64,000 bases of DNA from NCBI RefSeq assembly GCF_001194135.2, contig NC_068983.1, forward strand, positions 89,824,799 to 89,888,798, read 5' to 3'. Below the pieces are notes generated by a model, which made no database searches, was not told the origin of the DNA, and was given only the letters and a program-made list of their open reading frames with translations. The translations under genes and the position numbers were made by a program. Positions 35,200 to 48,588 of this stretch are shown here, one piece after another. This DNA is from Octopus bimaculoides. Its lineage: Eukaryota. Numbering within the stretch: position 1 is the stretch's first letter; each line of letters starts with the position of its first letter.

Positions 35200-35900
35200 A
35201 AATGACACTGCATTTTCCATGTAAGTCTGTAACAGTACCTTTCTCCACCTAGCATCAATTTACTTTTCATTAAATTCATAAGGTAAATCATGTCACATAC
35301 CAATGGAAAAGGTGTTTTTTGAAGGTTCTTGTTTAGTTCTTCAAACTTTACTGTGACATCAGTAAGATAACGTTATCTGTACTTAAAATCATTCAGAAGA
35401 TTCAATGCTATGCTTATTTGTGGTAAACAACCATTGAGTCTTCCTAAAACATGCTATACAACAATCATCTAACTTCAGTGTAAAGTAAGAGATTGCCATG
35501 CTTTGCATATATGAAATTCTCGCTTGTTAAGTACATTTGAAATTCAAAAGATTCTTGGTGTATTATGTAGTGATATGGTTTTAAATTTGAAACAATTTCT
35601 TCACACAATAATACAAGTGCACCTTTCTTTCAACCAACCAATAGCTGATGCACCATCTACAGCTTCGTTAGTAGATTATGCCTTACCATTACCATTAAAG
35701 CATTGAATTTACCTCTTCCTATTGTTGCTGTTGGTTGTGATACATGTAACTCTTCAATGTTGAAATCTTCAGAAATGAAGCACAGATATAGACAGTTTAG
35801 CACATCTAATGGCTCCTCCAAAGATTCACAAATTGTACGTCTGAAAACTAGTCATACAATTGCATTTGAATACAGTTAAAACCTCAGTTTACCATTAGAC
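35200..35900 (-). mobile_element. hAT (Charlie/SPIN, GTF2IRD2-like) transposase remnant
   Basis: Minus strand VDGASA, YHYIIHQES, LLYTEVR*L (compare TDGA, HCIIHQE, LLHTEVRWL). Confidence 0.6.
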
Positions 35901-36439
35901 TGCATGGAGATTTCAGAAGCCTTCCTTCTTTTCTAGAAAAAAACTGCTTTTTGAACATTCGCAATACAACTTTTAGTACAATATAGGTTCTGTTTGCATG
36001 CTACCTTTATGAAATTATATTTGATGCAATTGTTACATTTTTTTAATGAGAATTTTAGTGAAATGTGCATGTTTTGAAACTTTCATATCTTGGTTTTGAA
36101 CCAACTGGGAAGTTCTAAGTTTTTATGGTGTGATGAAAAACAAATTTAGTTGACAGGAAGATGATGTAGAGTTGGGGTGGTGTGCAAGAGATGCACAGCG
36201 CTAGAAGCAAGTTAGTTACATGGGGGTAGAAATGGGAGATGGAGATAATAGGGGAGATCTGCTATTGACAAGATTAAGGAGCAGTACTGAGAACATATAG
36301 AAGTGATCTCATAATTACAGCAGCTGAGTGAGTAATTCTGTTGTCAGAGGGTGAAAAACAGATGGGTGTTAGAAACAAGTTATGGAAGGAATCAGTCCTT
36401 TATCATTTCTTCCTTGAGGCTCAATATCTGGAAATCAGC

Positions 36440-37740
36440 CTTCACTACTTCACCCCACATCTTCCTGGATTTCTCTGATTTCCCCTCTTCTATTAGTTCC
36501 ATCTACATTTAGCTATTAGTATTCTTTATGCAGTGATCCTCAACCATATGCATCACATAACCATACTAGCACAGTCTTCTGTCTTGCATGCTACATTTGA
36601 TTCCTCTTAGGCCCAATTTTCATATTAATATATTTGTTCTTTGTTGCATATGCACACTGACATTGCACATCCAACTGAGCATGCTAGCTCTATTTCTTCC
36701 AAGCCTTCACATGTCCTCCACATTCACAGCCCATGTTTCGCTACTACGTAGCATTGCTGTTCATTCACAAACATTATACAGTCTGCCTTTCATGCTGAGG
36801 GAGAGTTAGTAGCTCTGAACTCCATCTGATTCTTATCTAGGCAACTACACTTTCAGAGCATCATCATCCTCTGCTAATTAGGTCACCTAGGTAACAGAAA
36901 CTATCTATTACCTCTAAGGATCATCCTGGGCATTTGACGGAATCTATTTCCTGTGTTCTTAGTGTTTATTGTTCCTGCTCATCTGCCACACACAAAGACT
37001 ACTTTCTCTATAAACCTTGCGATTTCACTGCACCTTTTATGTGCCCATAAATTGTGCTAGGTACACATTATAGAATTTCTATGCACACTTTTTCTATATA
37101 TCAAGCAGAACCATTTTCCTGCAGATAAGTAATTTGTTTGCTTCCCTGCTTACTAGTACTTTGGTCTTTGCTATGTTAACTCTAAGGCCCTTTGATTCCA
37201 AATTTTACTTCCACTCCTGGAATTGATTCTCTAATTCTACTATTGATACAGCAATAAGAACAAAGTCATCAAGGATAAACGGTCATGCCCTGGAGGACAA
37301 TATTGAATAGAAGAGGACTGAGAACAGTTATGGTGAGCTCCTACCTGCACATCATATTTGTTGCTAACTCTCACCTTACTATACATGGCTTGGATGACTC
37401 ACACCACTCATTCATCTACCCCTACCTTCTGCAGTGACTGCTATACAGGAGAATGAGGGACCCTGTCAAAGGCTTCCTCCATTTTTGGCTAAATGCTTCT
37501 GCAGTTGCCTGACTAGGAAGATAGAATCGATAATACTTCCCCTTGGCAAAAAAACCCAACTGCATCTCATCTAGGCTAACTCTTTTCCTACTTAGTTGAG
37601 CTATAACCCTTCCTTTAATGTTCATGACTTGGTCCAGCAATTTGATACCTTTTATTACTTCTCTTTAAACAGTTAGGGGAGACACCTTAGACAGAAGTAA
37701 TTATAAAGGTATCAAATTGCTGGACCAGATCATGAAAGTT
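36440..37740 (-). mobile_element. RTE LINE RT/3' fragments
   Basis: LESKGLRVNIAKTKVL, RRNRASMLSWMCNVSV; partial duplication near 37640-37740. Confidence 0.75.
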
Positions 37741-38448
37741 AAAAGAAAGGTTATGTTTATATGTTATGTAGGTAGGTAGGGTAAATCCCAGCTGTTTCCT
37801 CTTGAAGCACATCTGCTTCTCTGTCATGGCTTTGAGGACAATGTTGAATTGAAGAGGATTGAAAACTGCATATCATATTTGTTATAATCCAGTATATAGT
37901 CTCAGTTGCTGCTTCTGTGTTACTGCAAAATACATATTAAAATTGAGTATTATGGAAATATTTGCAGAGTTATTGTATAACAAAACAGAAAATTGGTAAT
38001 TTCTTGGGACTATTTATTCACCATTACATGTGTTTCGTTTGCTAATAGCAACTATAAAGTTTTACAGGATAGACATCTAAGGAATTTTCTATTAGAAATT
38101 CTTCAGAGAGAGAAATTAAATTTGGATGAAGCAAAATGTGATGTTGATGGTTCAATATAAGCTGTCAGGTGTAGCAGATGATGACAGGCATGTTGGACCA
38201 ACATCAAAGGTAAACATGGAAAAGAATAGAAATGCAGTTTTCATAATTTATTTGGTTACGGTTGCATTTACATGTTGGATATAGAAAGCTTGATTTGAAA
38301 TATGAACAAATATTCCGCTACATAAAGTTACCAACAGCTTCAAGTCAGAAGAAAAATAGGAAGAAAGAATGTTGATATGACCAGATAGTACAAGGCATAT
38401 TTTGTGTCAGTGTTTGCATTTGTCATTTGATTGTGTTGTGTTTTTTTC

Positions 38449-38770
38449 TATTGGGTTGGTGCATAATTATTGTCATTTTTTTTCCCAACAAATTTTATTC
38501 ACCAAAAACAATAACAACATGTAACAAAAACATCTTTAAATGATTATTCCAGAGCATATTCACCATCTGCTTCAATTACTGCTTCCCATTTGCTTGGCAG
38601 CTGGTCGGAATAATCATTTAAAGATGTTTTTGTTAAATATTGTTATTGGTTTTGTTGGAAAAAAGCCATCTGTTCATGGTCTGCAACTGCTATTGTCTGG
38701 TCTCTTGGCTCATGGTGGTCACCATCTTGATCACGATGCTGCCTGTCTGCTCGTTGCTGGCTAACTTGAC
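38449..38770 (-). mobile_element. Mariner remnant with one TIR
   Basis: TA+TTGGGTTGGTGCATAATTATTG (HsMar1-like TIR); minus strand WEAVIEADGEYALE*. Confidence 0.7.
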
Positions 38771-38789
38771 ATGTGTCTAGGAAACCGTA

Positions 38790-38990
38790 TTTATAATGGC
38801 CATTCTAGCTAGAAGGATGGATGTACCATAAGAGTAGTTTGTACTTATTTAGGTCACTTGTCCATCTGAATTTTCTGTGACACAGCCCAGGCTGGAGGTC
38901 AAGTGGAAACTCATCCATCACTTTCTGACAGGACAAAGAAATTTTTCACACCTAGTCAGTCAATAGCGGTGGATCAGGCAAGCAAGAATC
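38790..38990 (+). mobile_element. Old piggyBac transposase fragment
   Basis: KWKLIHHF and KFFTPSQSIAVDQA resemble the first catalytic Asp block. Confidence 0.4.
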
Positions 38991-39964
38991 CATAGATTCG
39001 GTTTCGAATCTCAGTTTGGAAAATAAAATGTAGTTTACACACTACCCACAGTGAGAAAGCCAAAGAGATTGAACGTTACAGATGCATGTGAAATTGAAAA
39101 TGCAAGTCATTTACAAACAAATGAATACTTAAAACAGAAGCATAAATGTAATATGCTAGCGTGTTGAAAGAGATATGCAACTCTATTGATTACACGACCC
39201 ACTAGAGGTCTAACAGAGGTAAGTTATCTTTCAGTAGCGTGGAGAACGTGTGATAGCATGTGATGAAAATATGATGCAAGTGTGTGTAAGCATGCAGGTG
39301 TGATACATAGAGCAAAACACTTTTAAAACAAAGCATGATATATGTGCATGCAAAAAAATGTAATTTCATTTAGGAATGAAAATGTTCAGTCAATTCAATC
39401 ACCAGAACAATGTTCATAAAAAGATTGTTTTTTGTCTATATAGAAAAATGTTTGTTTTTTTATATACAAAATGGGGTTTGTTGGTTTTTTTTTTGTNNNN
39501 NNNNNNGGGGGGGGGGGGGGTTGTATGTAGGTGATTCCACTTGGATTATAGGCATTGGGTCAAGACTAAAAATGTGAAAACTTGGCAATAACTTAGACAA
39601 TAACTCAAGCAAATTTTACTGTGAGTTTGTTGTTATAGGTAGATTTTTCACTGTAATATATAACTAATTTTTGTATTATTCTATTTATTGTACTAATTAT
39701 GTACTACTATTATTTTTTATAACCTATTTTCAAATTTCTAATTAATTAATAATTAAAAAAATGAATTTTTTTTTAAATGCAAAAAATATTTTCATTGAGC
39801 TATTTTTATTTTTAATAGAAGTAACAAGTAATAACTTGTAATGAAATTTTTAGTTTTAATAAAAGCTAATATTTTCTAAATGTAAATATTCTTTGAAATT
39901 TTATCCTTAGCTGCAATATTTTAAGAAAAAATTTTCTTGTTCTGTACTGAACTTTTCTTGTTGC

Positions 39965-40674
39965 TGCATGACACCTTTGGGGTCATGCAGCAACAGGTGG
40001 ACTGTGGGTTTTGATGTGGTGGGAAACAAATGCAGAATGTGTGGGGAGAGGGGTGAAACAGTATGGCACATCATTAGTGAATGCCTGAAATTGGCACAAC
40101 GCAAATACAAAAGATGTCATGGCAATGTGGCAAGAATGGTCCATTGGGAGCTCTGTGGAAATCACGGCTTACAAAGAGCAAAGATATGGTTTGAGAAAAC
40201 TCCAGAAGGAGTCACCGAAAATGAGAATTGCAAAATCCTGTAGGATGCAATGATCCAGTGCTATCATCCAACCAGACATTGGAAACTGGACGTTGTTGTG
40301 GTGAATAAAAAAGAAAGAACATGTACAATAATCAGCATAGCATGCCCTAGTGACAACAGAATCAGTGCGAAAGAAGAAAAATAAACAACTATGAAGGTTG
40401 TGGTCAATGAAGAAAGTAGACGTGATACCAATTGTAATTGGTGCACTTAGAAGTATCAGCACTCAACTACTAACATGGCTGAAAAAGATTGGTGCAAGTG
40501 TAAAGGTAGAACACCTACAAAAATCAGCTTTGCTTGGAACTGCAACAATTCTTTGCAGGGTTCTTGAAGCATGACCAGTAAACAAGTGTCACCTTAGTCT
40601 GCTGGCTGTAGACAGCTGACACTTTCCATCATACTCAGCAAAATAAGCTGTGAGTTTTCATATAATAATAATAA
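39965..40674 (+). mobile_element. Second R4/Dong-like 3' fragment
   Basis: CRMCGERGETVWHIISEC, TPEGVTENENCKIL, VIPIVIGAL, LQKSALLGTATIL; ends in (TAA)n. Confidence 0.85.
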
Positions 40675-41190
40675 TCGTCATCGTCATCATCGTTTAACGT
40701 CCATTTTTCATGCTAGTATGGGTTGGACGGTTTGACTGAGGTCTGGAGAGCCAGCAGCTGCACCAGGCTCCAATCTGATTTGACAAGGTTTCTACAGCTG
40801 GATACCCTTCCTAACGCCAACCACTCTAAGAGTATAGTGAGTGCTTTTTACATGCTACCAGCACAAGAGCCAGTCAGGTGGGCCTGGCATCAATCACATT
40901 TGGATGGTGCTTTTTACGTACCACTGGCACAGGAGCCAGTCTGGGGGTACTGGCATCGGCCAGATTTGGTTGGTGCTTTCTGCATGCCACCGGCATGGTA
41001 GCCAGTCAGGCAGACCTGGCATCAGCCATATTTGGATGATGCTTTTTATGTGCCACCGGCACGGGAGCCAGTCAGGGGGCACTGGCCACAGCTTCGATAT
41101 TGGTTATACTTGATTCAACAGATCTTTTCAAGCATATCATATTGCCCAATGTATCAGGAGTATTCTTAACAGGGGCCGGACATACGTGGC
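40675..41190 (-). mobile_element. RTE-type 3' tail with tandem GTGCCACCGGCAC..GAGCCAGTC units
   Basis: CATCGTTTAACGTCC tail motif, about 5 degenerate units. Confidence 0.75.
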
Positions 41191-41737
41191 TGCAATCTCA
41201 CTTTTTTTCTGTTGAAATGAAATTTCAGTAAATTTCCATATCTTTGTGCAGCTGAGGATTGCTCTGCATTTTACATTTCATGTAAAGTTCACATTGCTTA
41301 AATAAATGGAGTCGCATGAAACGATCGTACTGCATTAGCATTGGATATCCTTGTTGCTTATTTTGATGATATATATATGTATATATATATATATATAGTC
41401 CACTCCCCACTCCTTCGGAAAACATTTACCCCACAAATTTCTTTATAATCGTAATCTATGTTATTTGAAAGGTGTTACTATAGAATTTCATTAAAAGATA
41501 TTCATTTTCCTGAAAGTTATGTAAAAACGGATCATATGAATTTTCCGACAGTCTCCTCACCCTTTCAGAAAAAAGTTGATAAAGGACATGGACAATGATA
41601 ATAATGATTTTAATAAATAATTAAATAAAATAAAATTTTAAAAGTTTAAAAGACTTTTAGATATTTTACAAAATAGAAACACGTACACACACGCACACAC
41701 ACACATATATATATATACACGCACACACACACACATA

Positions 41738-41943
41738 TAGTCAATTCAAACATGAACAAGCAAGAAAAAACACGAAAAACAACACAAGGACGTGGAATAA
41801 GTACAATGTTACTGGAGCTCAGGAAAGGAAAGAAAAGAAAAAGGACTTAACATTTCGATCGGAGATCTTCGTCAGAAATATAGGAAAAGTCCAAAGAAGT
41901 GAAGGCAGAGAAAGAAAATCGCCAACGATGCACATGTGGTCAC

Positions 41944-41945
<2 letters not shown>
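41738..41945 (-). mobile_element. Penelope-like terminal repeat fragment
   Basis: Carries the CTGACGAAG..CGAAA hammerhead-type core typical of PLE terminal repeats; flanked by microsatellites. Confidence 0.55.
41845..41879 (-). ncRNA. Degenerate minimal type I hammerhead ribozyme
   Basis: AUUU-CUGACGA-A-GAUC-UCC-GAUC-GAAA-UG-UU-AAGU. Confidence 0.55.
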
Positions 41946-41980
<35 letters not shown>

Positions 41981-42171
41981 GGTAAGATGATTTGTATTTA
42001 TCCTTTAGGTATCATACCCATCTTGACCAATAAGGTAAAAGTTATCTCGGGAACCTGTTGAAGGATTTATTATAGAAATGCTTACAGAATATCACTAATT
42101 CCTGTCTATGGTTATTTAGGTTATTCTCTGACATAAGTATTTGGTGTGACTCCTCTCAGCAGGGTTCACAT

Positions 42172-42548
42172 TGTAGACAGTTACTTCCCTTGAAACCAGT
42201 TGTCTCATCCATTGGCCACTGAATGGTGCATGTTGTAGTGTTGCATTGTGAGAGAATTAAAGCTTATAGCTTTTGGACGGTGCAACCAAAGTCATTAGTT
42301 GTATTTTCTTCCTGCTGCGATTTCAAGTGATGTAACAGTAAAAAATAACCACCTCTTGTATATGAATAGGAACGCAAAGAAACTGCCTTTATCTCTTTCT
42401 ATACAAATATTGTAATTTGCATGCAGTATCAAAATTAAAATGACTTACGGCCATATTTGCAAGTTCTTATCATCCTTTTATTCTTGTATTTGGAGAATGT
42501 CTGCCTTCTACATTTCAGCTTTCTTTGTTAGGAGCAAAAGTTCCTAAA
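42172..42548 (+). repeat. 5' LTR
   Basis: Starts TGTAGACAG; aligns with 46937-47266; followed by PBS-like TGGTGACCC at 42551. Confidence 0.88.
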
Positions 42549-42742
42549 AATGGTGACCCTGAAAAACAAATAGACAAGTTTACATTTTACAAGCTTACAG
42601 CGAATGAAAAGAAAAACAGACAAGTAGAACTGTTAACTGCTCTAAACAGTCGACATCTAAAAATTTCATTTTTTCACATTCAAACTTTGTTTTGGCGTTC
42701 CTTGACATTCCTTTCTTCTCAACGGGTTTTCTGCCTTTATAA

Positions 42743-43500
42743 AATGAGCAATTTTCCACTTCCTCAATTCCATGGGGAAGCAAAAATATGGTTTTCGCAA
42801 CTGGAATCCTACTTTATTGCTACCAGTACTCGCCAGATACTGGCCAAACTGCACATCGCATTCTCCAGCTTACCGTCCCCACTCGTTTCGTCTGTTGGAG
42901 ATTTGCTGACGGATACACCAGATGGGGTGTCCTACGAAGAATTCGAGTCCAAGGTGCTACGCAGAAACTCTCTGTCCGCTGAGAGCAAGTTCTGCTCATT
43001 GCTGCAGGATGAATATTTGGGAGACAGAAAATGAACTGAGTTTTTGAGACGGCTACGAGAGCTTGCAGCTGACTCTTACGAGGGTCAGGCCTTTGTTAAA
43101 CAACTCATTTTTTTTTTCTGGTATGCCACTCAGCATCCAGTCAGCACTGGTACATCTGTTGGACACCACAGCAGACAGGATTCTTGAGTTCTCCAAAAAC
43201 CTCTCTTTGGATAATATCATCGCCGGTGCCTCCTCTAAAACTTCTTCCATCAAGGCAGATAAACAATCTTCAGAGACCTTGAAAGTGATCCAGGAACACA
43301 CTCAGCAGGTTTCGCGCCTCTTTAGGGATCGCTCTTGTCTTTCTTCTTCAAGGTCCCGTTTAAGAAACTGGCCTAGACAGCGTTCTTCTTCACGTGACCT
43401 CGCACTACCAGCCCCTCCGGTTTGCTGGTACCACAGACGGTTCAAGGATCAAGTTCATCAATGTATACAGCCCTGCTCTTACACTCCTGCAGAAAACAAG
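42743..43500 (+). pseudogene. Gypsy gag remnant
   Basis: IWFSQLESYF, LGDRK*TEFLRRL, CWYHRRFKDQVHQCIQPC; stops and frameshifts. Confidence 0.85.
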
Positions 43501-43592
43501 CTAGGGAGACCCTGTGCACGTCAGTCGTCTCCCCCATTGAAAATCCTCACTGTGCATTCTTCGTCTGAGACACAAAATCTTCAAAGTCTTTT

Positions 43593-46330
43593 ATGGTAGA
43601 CACAGGAGCCAATGTTAGCATTTGGCCTCGACGGTATACGTTCACCGATCCTGCTCTCTCAGACATTTCTTTGTTCGCGGTTAACCATTCTGCTATCAGG
43701 ACTTACGGTCAAATCTCCCTTACTCTCGATTTGTCACTCTGTAAAGTATTTCGGTGGATTTTCGTTATTGCTGACTTACCACATCTAATTTTGGGGGCAG
43801 ATTTTCTTCACCATTATTCACTCCTGGTGTATGTCAAGGGACGTCGACTTTTGGATAGTACCACTTTCCTCACTGCCTCCGTAGAGGATACTACTGTTCC
43901 TGCTGTGAGTCCTTCATTCTTTGTAGCTGTTGCAGGAAACATGTATCTATAGTTACTTGCATCATTTCCCGAATTAATGGATTTGGTATTCAAGCCAGCT
44001 CATTCTACTAAGCATTTTATAATGACTAAAGGACCTCCTGTATTTTCCAGACCTCGTTGTTTGTCTCCAGAAAAGCTGCAGATTGCCAGAGCTGAATTCG
44101 AGCATATGCTCCAGCTTGGCCTCATTCGTCCTTCCAAGAGCCCATGGGCCATGCCTCTGCACTTAGCAAAGAAAAGCGCCGTCGATTTTCGTCCTTGTGG
44201 TGACTTTAATACTGTCACGGTTCCAGATCGCTATCCAATTTCACATTTTCCAGGATTTTACTTCTGCCCTACATGAATGCAAAACTTTTTCCAAAATCAA
44301 CTTGGTATGCGCATACCATCAAATTCCCATTAACCCGGAAGAAGTAACAACATCTTTCAGAGCATTTGAATTTTTATCCATACCTTTTGGGCTTCGTAAC
44401 GCAGCAAGCACATTCCAGAGATTTATTGATGCGGTCATTCGTGGCTTACCTTTTGTTTTCGCATATGTGGATGATCTCCTAATTGCCAGCACCATTCAAG
44501 ATCAACATATCCAGCATTTAACACAGTTGTTCCAACGTTTGCGCTCTTTTGGTGTGAAGATCAATCCGTCCAAGTGTGAGTTTGGATCTTCCAGCTTGGG
44601 ACACCTCATAGATGCTTCCTTCTAAATTTGAGGCCATCAAACGTTTGTCTTCTTCTGTGTCTTTAAAACAGTTAAGAACATTTCTGGGTCTAATTAATTT
44701 CTATAGAAGATTCATTCCCAACTGTGCAAAAAAGTTGTCTCCTTTGACCCAGCTTTTAAAAGGACAGCCAACTAAAAATGCTAATATTTCATTGTCTCCT
44801 ACTGCTTTGCAAGCTTTCAAAAAGGCCAAAACAGAGCTAGCCAATTCATCCTTTTTGGCTCATCCTGCTCCTGACGCCAGTCTGTCTCTAACAGTTGACG
44901 CTTCAGATTTAGCTGTGGGTGCTGTGTTGTAACAAACTGTAAATGGACAAACTCAACCCCTGGCTTACTTTTCTTGTCAGCTGCAACCTGCTGAATTGCG
45001 TTACAGCGTTTTCAGCAAAGAATTTTGTGGTGAAGAACATAGCTCACCTTCTCGAGGGTAGGGAGTTCACGGTTTTCACTGATCATAAACTGTTAATGTT
45101 TGCACTGTTTACCAAAACTGACCGGTACTCGCCCAGAGAGACCAGGCACTTGGATTATATCTCGCAGTTCATCAGTGACATTCGCCACATTGCGGGCACT
45201 GACAACATTCCTGCAGACACCCTGTCTCGCCTCCCAGTTTATTCTTTGTCTCCTGCCTCAATTGATCTGGTCGCTATGGCTGCAGACCAACCTTCCTTGG
45301 ACTCTTTGGATGTGACTTCTCCACAGTTTTCCTGTTGCAAATTCAAGAACCTGCCTCTTCCATCATCTGAAGGGACCATTCTTTAGGATGTTTCCACCAG
45401 GTCACCCTGATCCCTGGTCCCCGATCATTATCGTCGTCCTGTTTTCGAAGCCTTGCACTCGCTATCACATCTAGGCATTGCGACCACAGTTAAGCTTATT
45501 TTGGCTCGATTTTTCTGGCCGAATATGCGATGTTCTATTACTGTTTGCTCATACGCCTGTCTACATTGTCAGCGTGCGAAAATACACAGACATGTGTGAG
45601 TTCCTTTGGAGCACTTCTAGCTGCCAGATTCCAATTTCCAGCACATTCATATCAACATTGTTGGTCCATGGCCTCTCGGTTGCGGGTTCACATATATCCT
45701 GACCTGCATTGACAGATTCTCCAGATGGCCTGAAACCATTCCTCCAGCAGACATTTCTGCAATCTCTGTTGCCAGAGCACTCATTTCAGGTTGGATCTCT
45801 TGTTTTGGAGTACCCTCCAGGATTACGACTGATCGTGGTCGCCAGTCTATTTCGTGAACTGTCATGATTGCTCGGAATACAGCATATTCACACCACAAGC
45901 TACCACCCCGCTGCGAACGGAATGGTAGAGCGTTTTCATAGGCAGCTAAAAGCCACGATTCATGCTGTTCCTAAACCTCATCATTGGTCAGAGTTCTTTC
46001 CTATTGTTCTACTGGGCTGCCGTTCAGCTATCAATGTAGATTTGGGATACTCTTCTGCCGAACTCTTGTATGGCACCATTTTGGCACTACCTGGCCAAAT
46101 GTTAGCACCCATTGATGTATAGAATGCTGATCCAACTTCACTCAACTTAGATCCTTCTTTGCGGACCTACCTCCAACGTTGACTAGACAGTAGTCTGTAT
46201 ATTCTACGGTTCCTACTGACATATCCACATGGATGCATGTGTTTATCCAGAACGATTCCGCTAAGGGTCCATTGACGCCACCTAATTCTGGTACTTACCG
46301 TGTAATTAAGTGCACAGAGAAACTGTTTAC
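43593..46330 (+). pseudogene. Gypsy pol remnant (PR-RT-RH-IN)
   Basis: [80 protein letters not shown]. Confidence 0.92.
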
Positions 46331-46936
46331 TGTGAATATAAACGGAAAAATATAACTGTCTCTGTCAACAGAGTTAAAAAAGCATTCACCAAAACGGACA
46401 CACCTATCTTTCCACATACATATTCATGCCCACCACCACAAGCACCTACACCTAATAAAACAAATTGCAAAGACACTCTATACCAACCTCAACACGTTCG
46501 TGCAGGTCAGTACATTGGCCAAAAAGACTATCAAAAATAATTTTTATATGACTTCCTGCCTTTAACTGTTACGGTGATACTCATGTGTTTTCCAATTTCA
46601 CATTCTTGTTACAAAAAGAGAAAAAAAAACACACAGAGACATTTATATATATGTCCACACTACACACATACACACTGTTTGCCATGAATCACATACGTCC
46701 ATACAGTTGTATATATGTCCACAAGCACCACACACACTGTTGTTTTCGTTTTGTATGCCTGTCGCATTTTCTTTTGTTCTCTGTGCATGCAGATTTTTTT
46801 CTCAATGTTTCTTTCTTTTTCACATTGTACACATTTCTCTCACTGCTGCCTCTTTGCATTCTCTGCGTTTGTATTCCCTCAACTTTCTACCCACCGTTCT
46901 TTAGTTCCGACTTCGAGTCTTGCAAGGAGGCAGGGA

Positions 46937-47266
46937 TGTAGACAGTTACCTCCCTTGAAACCAGTTGTCTCATCCATTGGCCACTGGATGGCGCACGTCG
47001 TGGTGTTGCATTGTGGGAGAATTTAATGTGTAGCTTTTGGACGACGCAACCCAAGCGGTCAGATATATTTTCTTCCTGCTGCGTTTCCAAATGATGTAAC
47101 AGTCAAACATAACCACCTCTTGTATATGAATACAAATGCCTTTATCTCTTTCTGTACAAATACTGTAATTTGCATGCAGTATCAAGATTAAAACGACTTA
47201 CAGCCGTATTTGCAAATTCTTGTATTTGGAGAATGCCTGCCTTCTACGGTTCAGCTTTGTTAGGAG
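46937..47266 (+). repeat. 3' LTR (end truncated), preceded by PPT AAGGAGGCAGGGA
   Basis: Alignment with the 5' LTR stops after TTAGGAG. Confidence 0.88.
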
Positions 47267-48588
47267 TGTAGCACTCATAAGAGGCGGAGAGAGAACGTAA
47301 GTTCGTTTGCCCGAACATGAGAAATTATTGATTTCTCATTGGTTAAAAATTACTGCCCATATACGAATTATGAACTTCGTTGAAGAAATCTTTCACGGAG
47401 TTACGGTTCTATGATTCGTGTATGAGTAGTTATAAAAACCCTGATTTTCGGCAAAATCTCCAGTGATCGTTGGATGTTACTCAAGTCTGCGACACTCACC
47501 CTTTTGGGTATAGGCTAATATATATGCCATGTTCAATACTCAAATCCGACAATATTGAATTGTCATGAAACCTTATTAGTTAGAATGAGAAACTAGTTAA
47601 TGGTAAATTTAAGTTGTAAATTCTCTACGATGAAATGCTTTGTTTCTAAATATCTATAAATGTAAAAATATGTATATAATAAATTAATGTAGAAACTTAA
47701 TTCCTTTTACTTCTCGTTTCTTTCAACTTGTTGAATTTATTTCTGTATATTAATGAAACTGTATTTTTTTATGTGTAACGGTCAAAAAAATATAATCTAT
47801 ATCTTCAACATACATGCACGAGCGTCTTGTCATGTATACATCATAACATTTACGCAGCCTGAACTAAACTAAGAGTTATGCTTAGTGATAAATACTTATA
47901 ATTAAGTTATAATTAACGAAATTATCATTATAGCTTTTAATTAATAAACAATAATATTCGTTATAACTTACGAATGAAAACATTATAAATAAAGATATAG
48001 TATATCTCACATTTCAACGACCTGTTGTGATAACAAACAACCAACATTAAAAAAACTGGTGTCCGACCCTATATACACATAAAAGGAGCAAAAGTTCTTA
48101 AAACATCTACTTCTTCCTATTTCATATGGTTTTGCTTAACTTAGGATTGACCATTTTAACTCCTATTTTGCTTTTTTCCCCTAAGTTGCCATATTAGCTT
48201 GCTAAGTGATGTTGCATTTTCCATATTATTGTGTTTGAATGATGAGACCTGGTTATTGTAGCAGAGCTTAAACAGCGTTGCTCAACATCCTATGTAATAG
48301 TAAGTTTTATTACGGGTTATTACTGCTCATTTATAGAATTTTCTTTTCCAGACATGAATTATTTGAAGAACATTCTCTATTTCCCCTACAGTTACAGCTG
48401 GTCTTGTCTTTTCTATTGCTGCTACCTATGTGGTTATTATCCCTATTACCATTCTGGCAGAACCGTTAGCATGCCAGGCAAAATGCTAAGCGGTACTTCA
48501 CTCATCTTTATGTACTCAGTTCAAATTTCACTGGGGTCGATAAATTAAGTACCAGTCAAATACCGGGGTCGATGTGAACAACTTACAG

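Larger units (their letters stand above)
42172..47266 (+). mobile_element. Ty3/Gypsy LTR retrotransposon, CsRn1-like, decayed but complete in layout
   Basis: Paired LTRs, PBS, gag with CHCC motif, DTG protease, YVDD RT, RNase H, integrase with GPY/F-like end, PPT. Confidence 0.95.

Noticed and set aside
42525-46330. Gypsy gag/pol as an active or domesticated gene
   Set aside because: Numerous stops and frameshifts across all domains
47270-47500. CpG-containing segment with ATTGG and TATAAAA after the 3' LTR
   Set aside because: It could be another LTR fragment or a promoter, but no termini, TSD or downstream ORF could be defined
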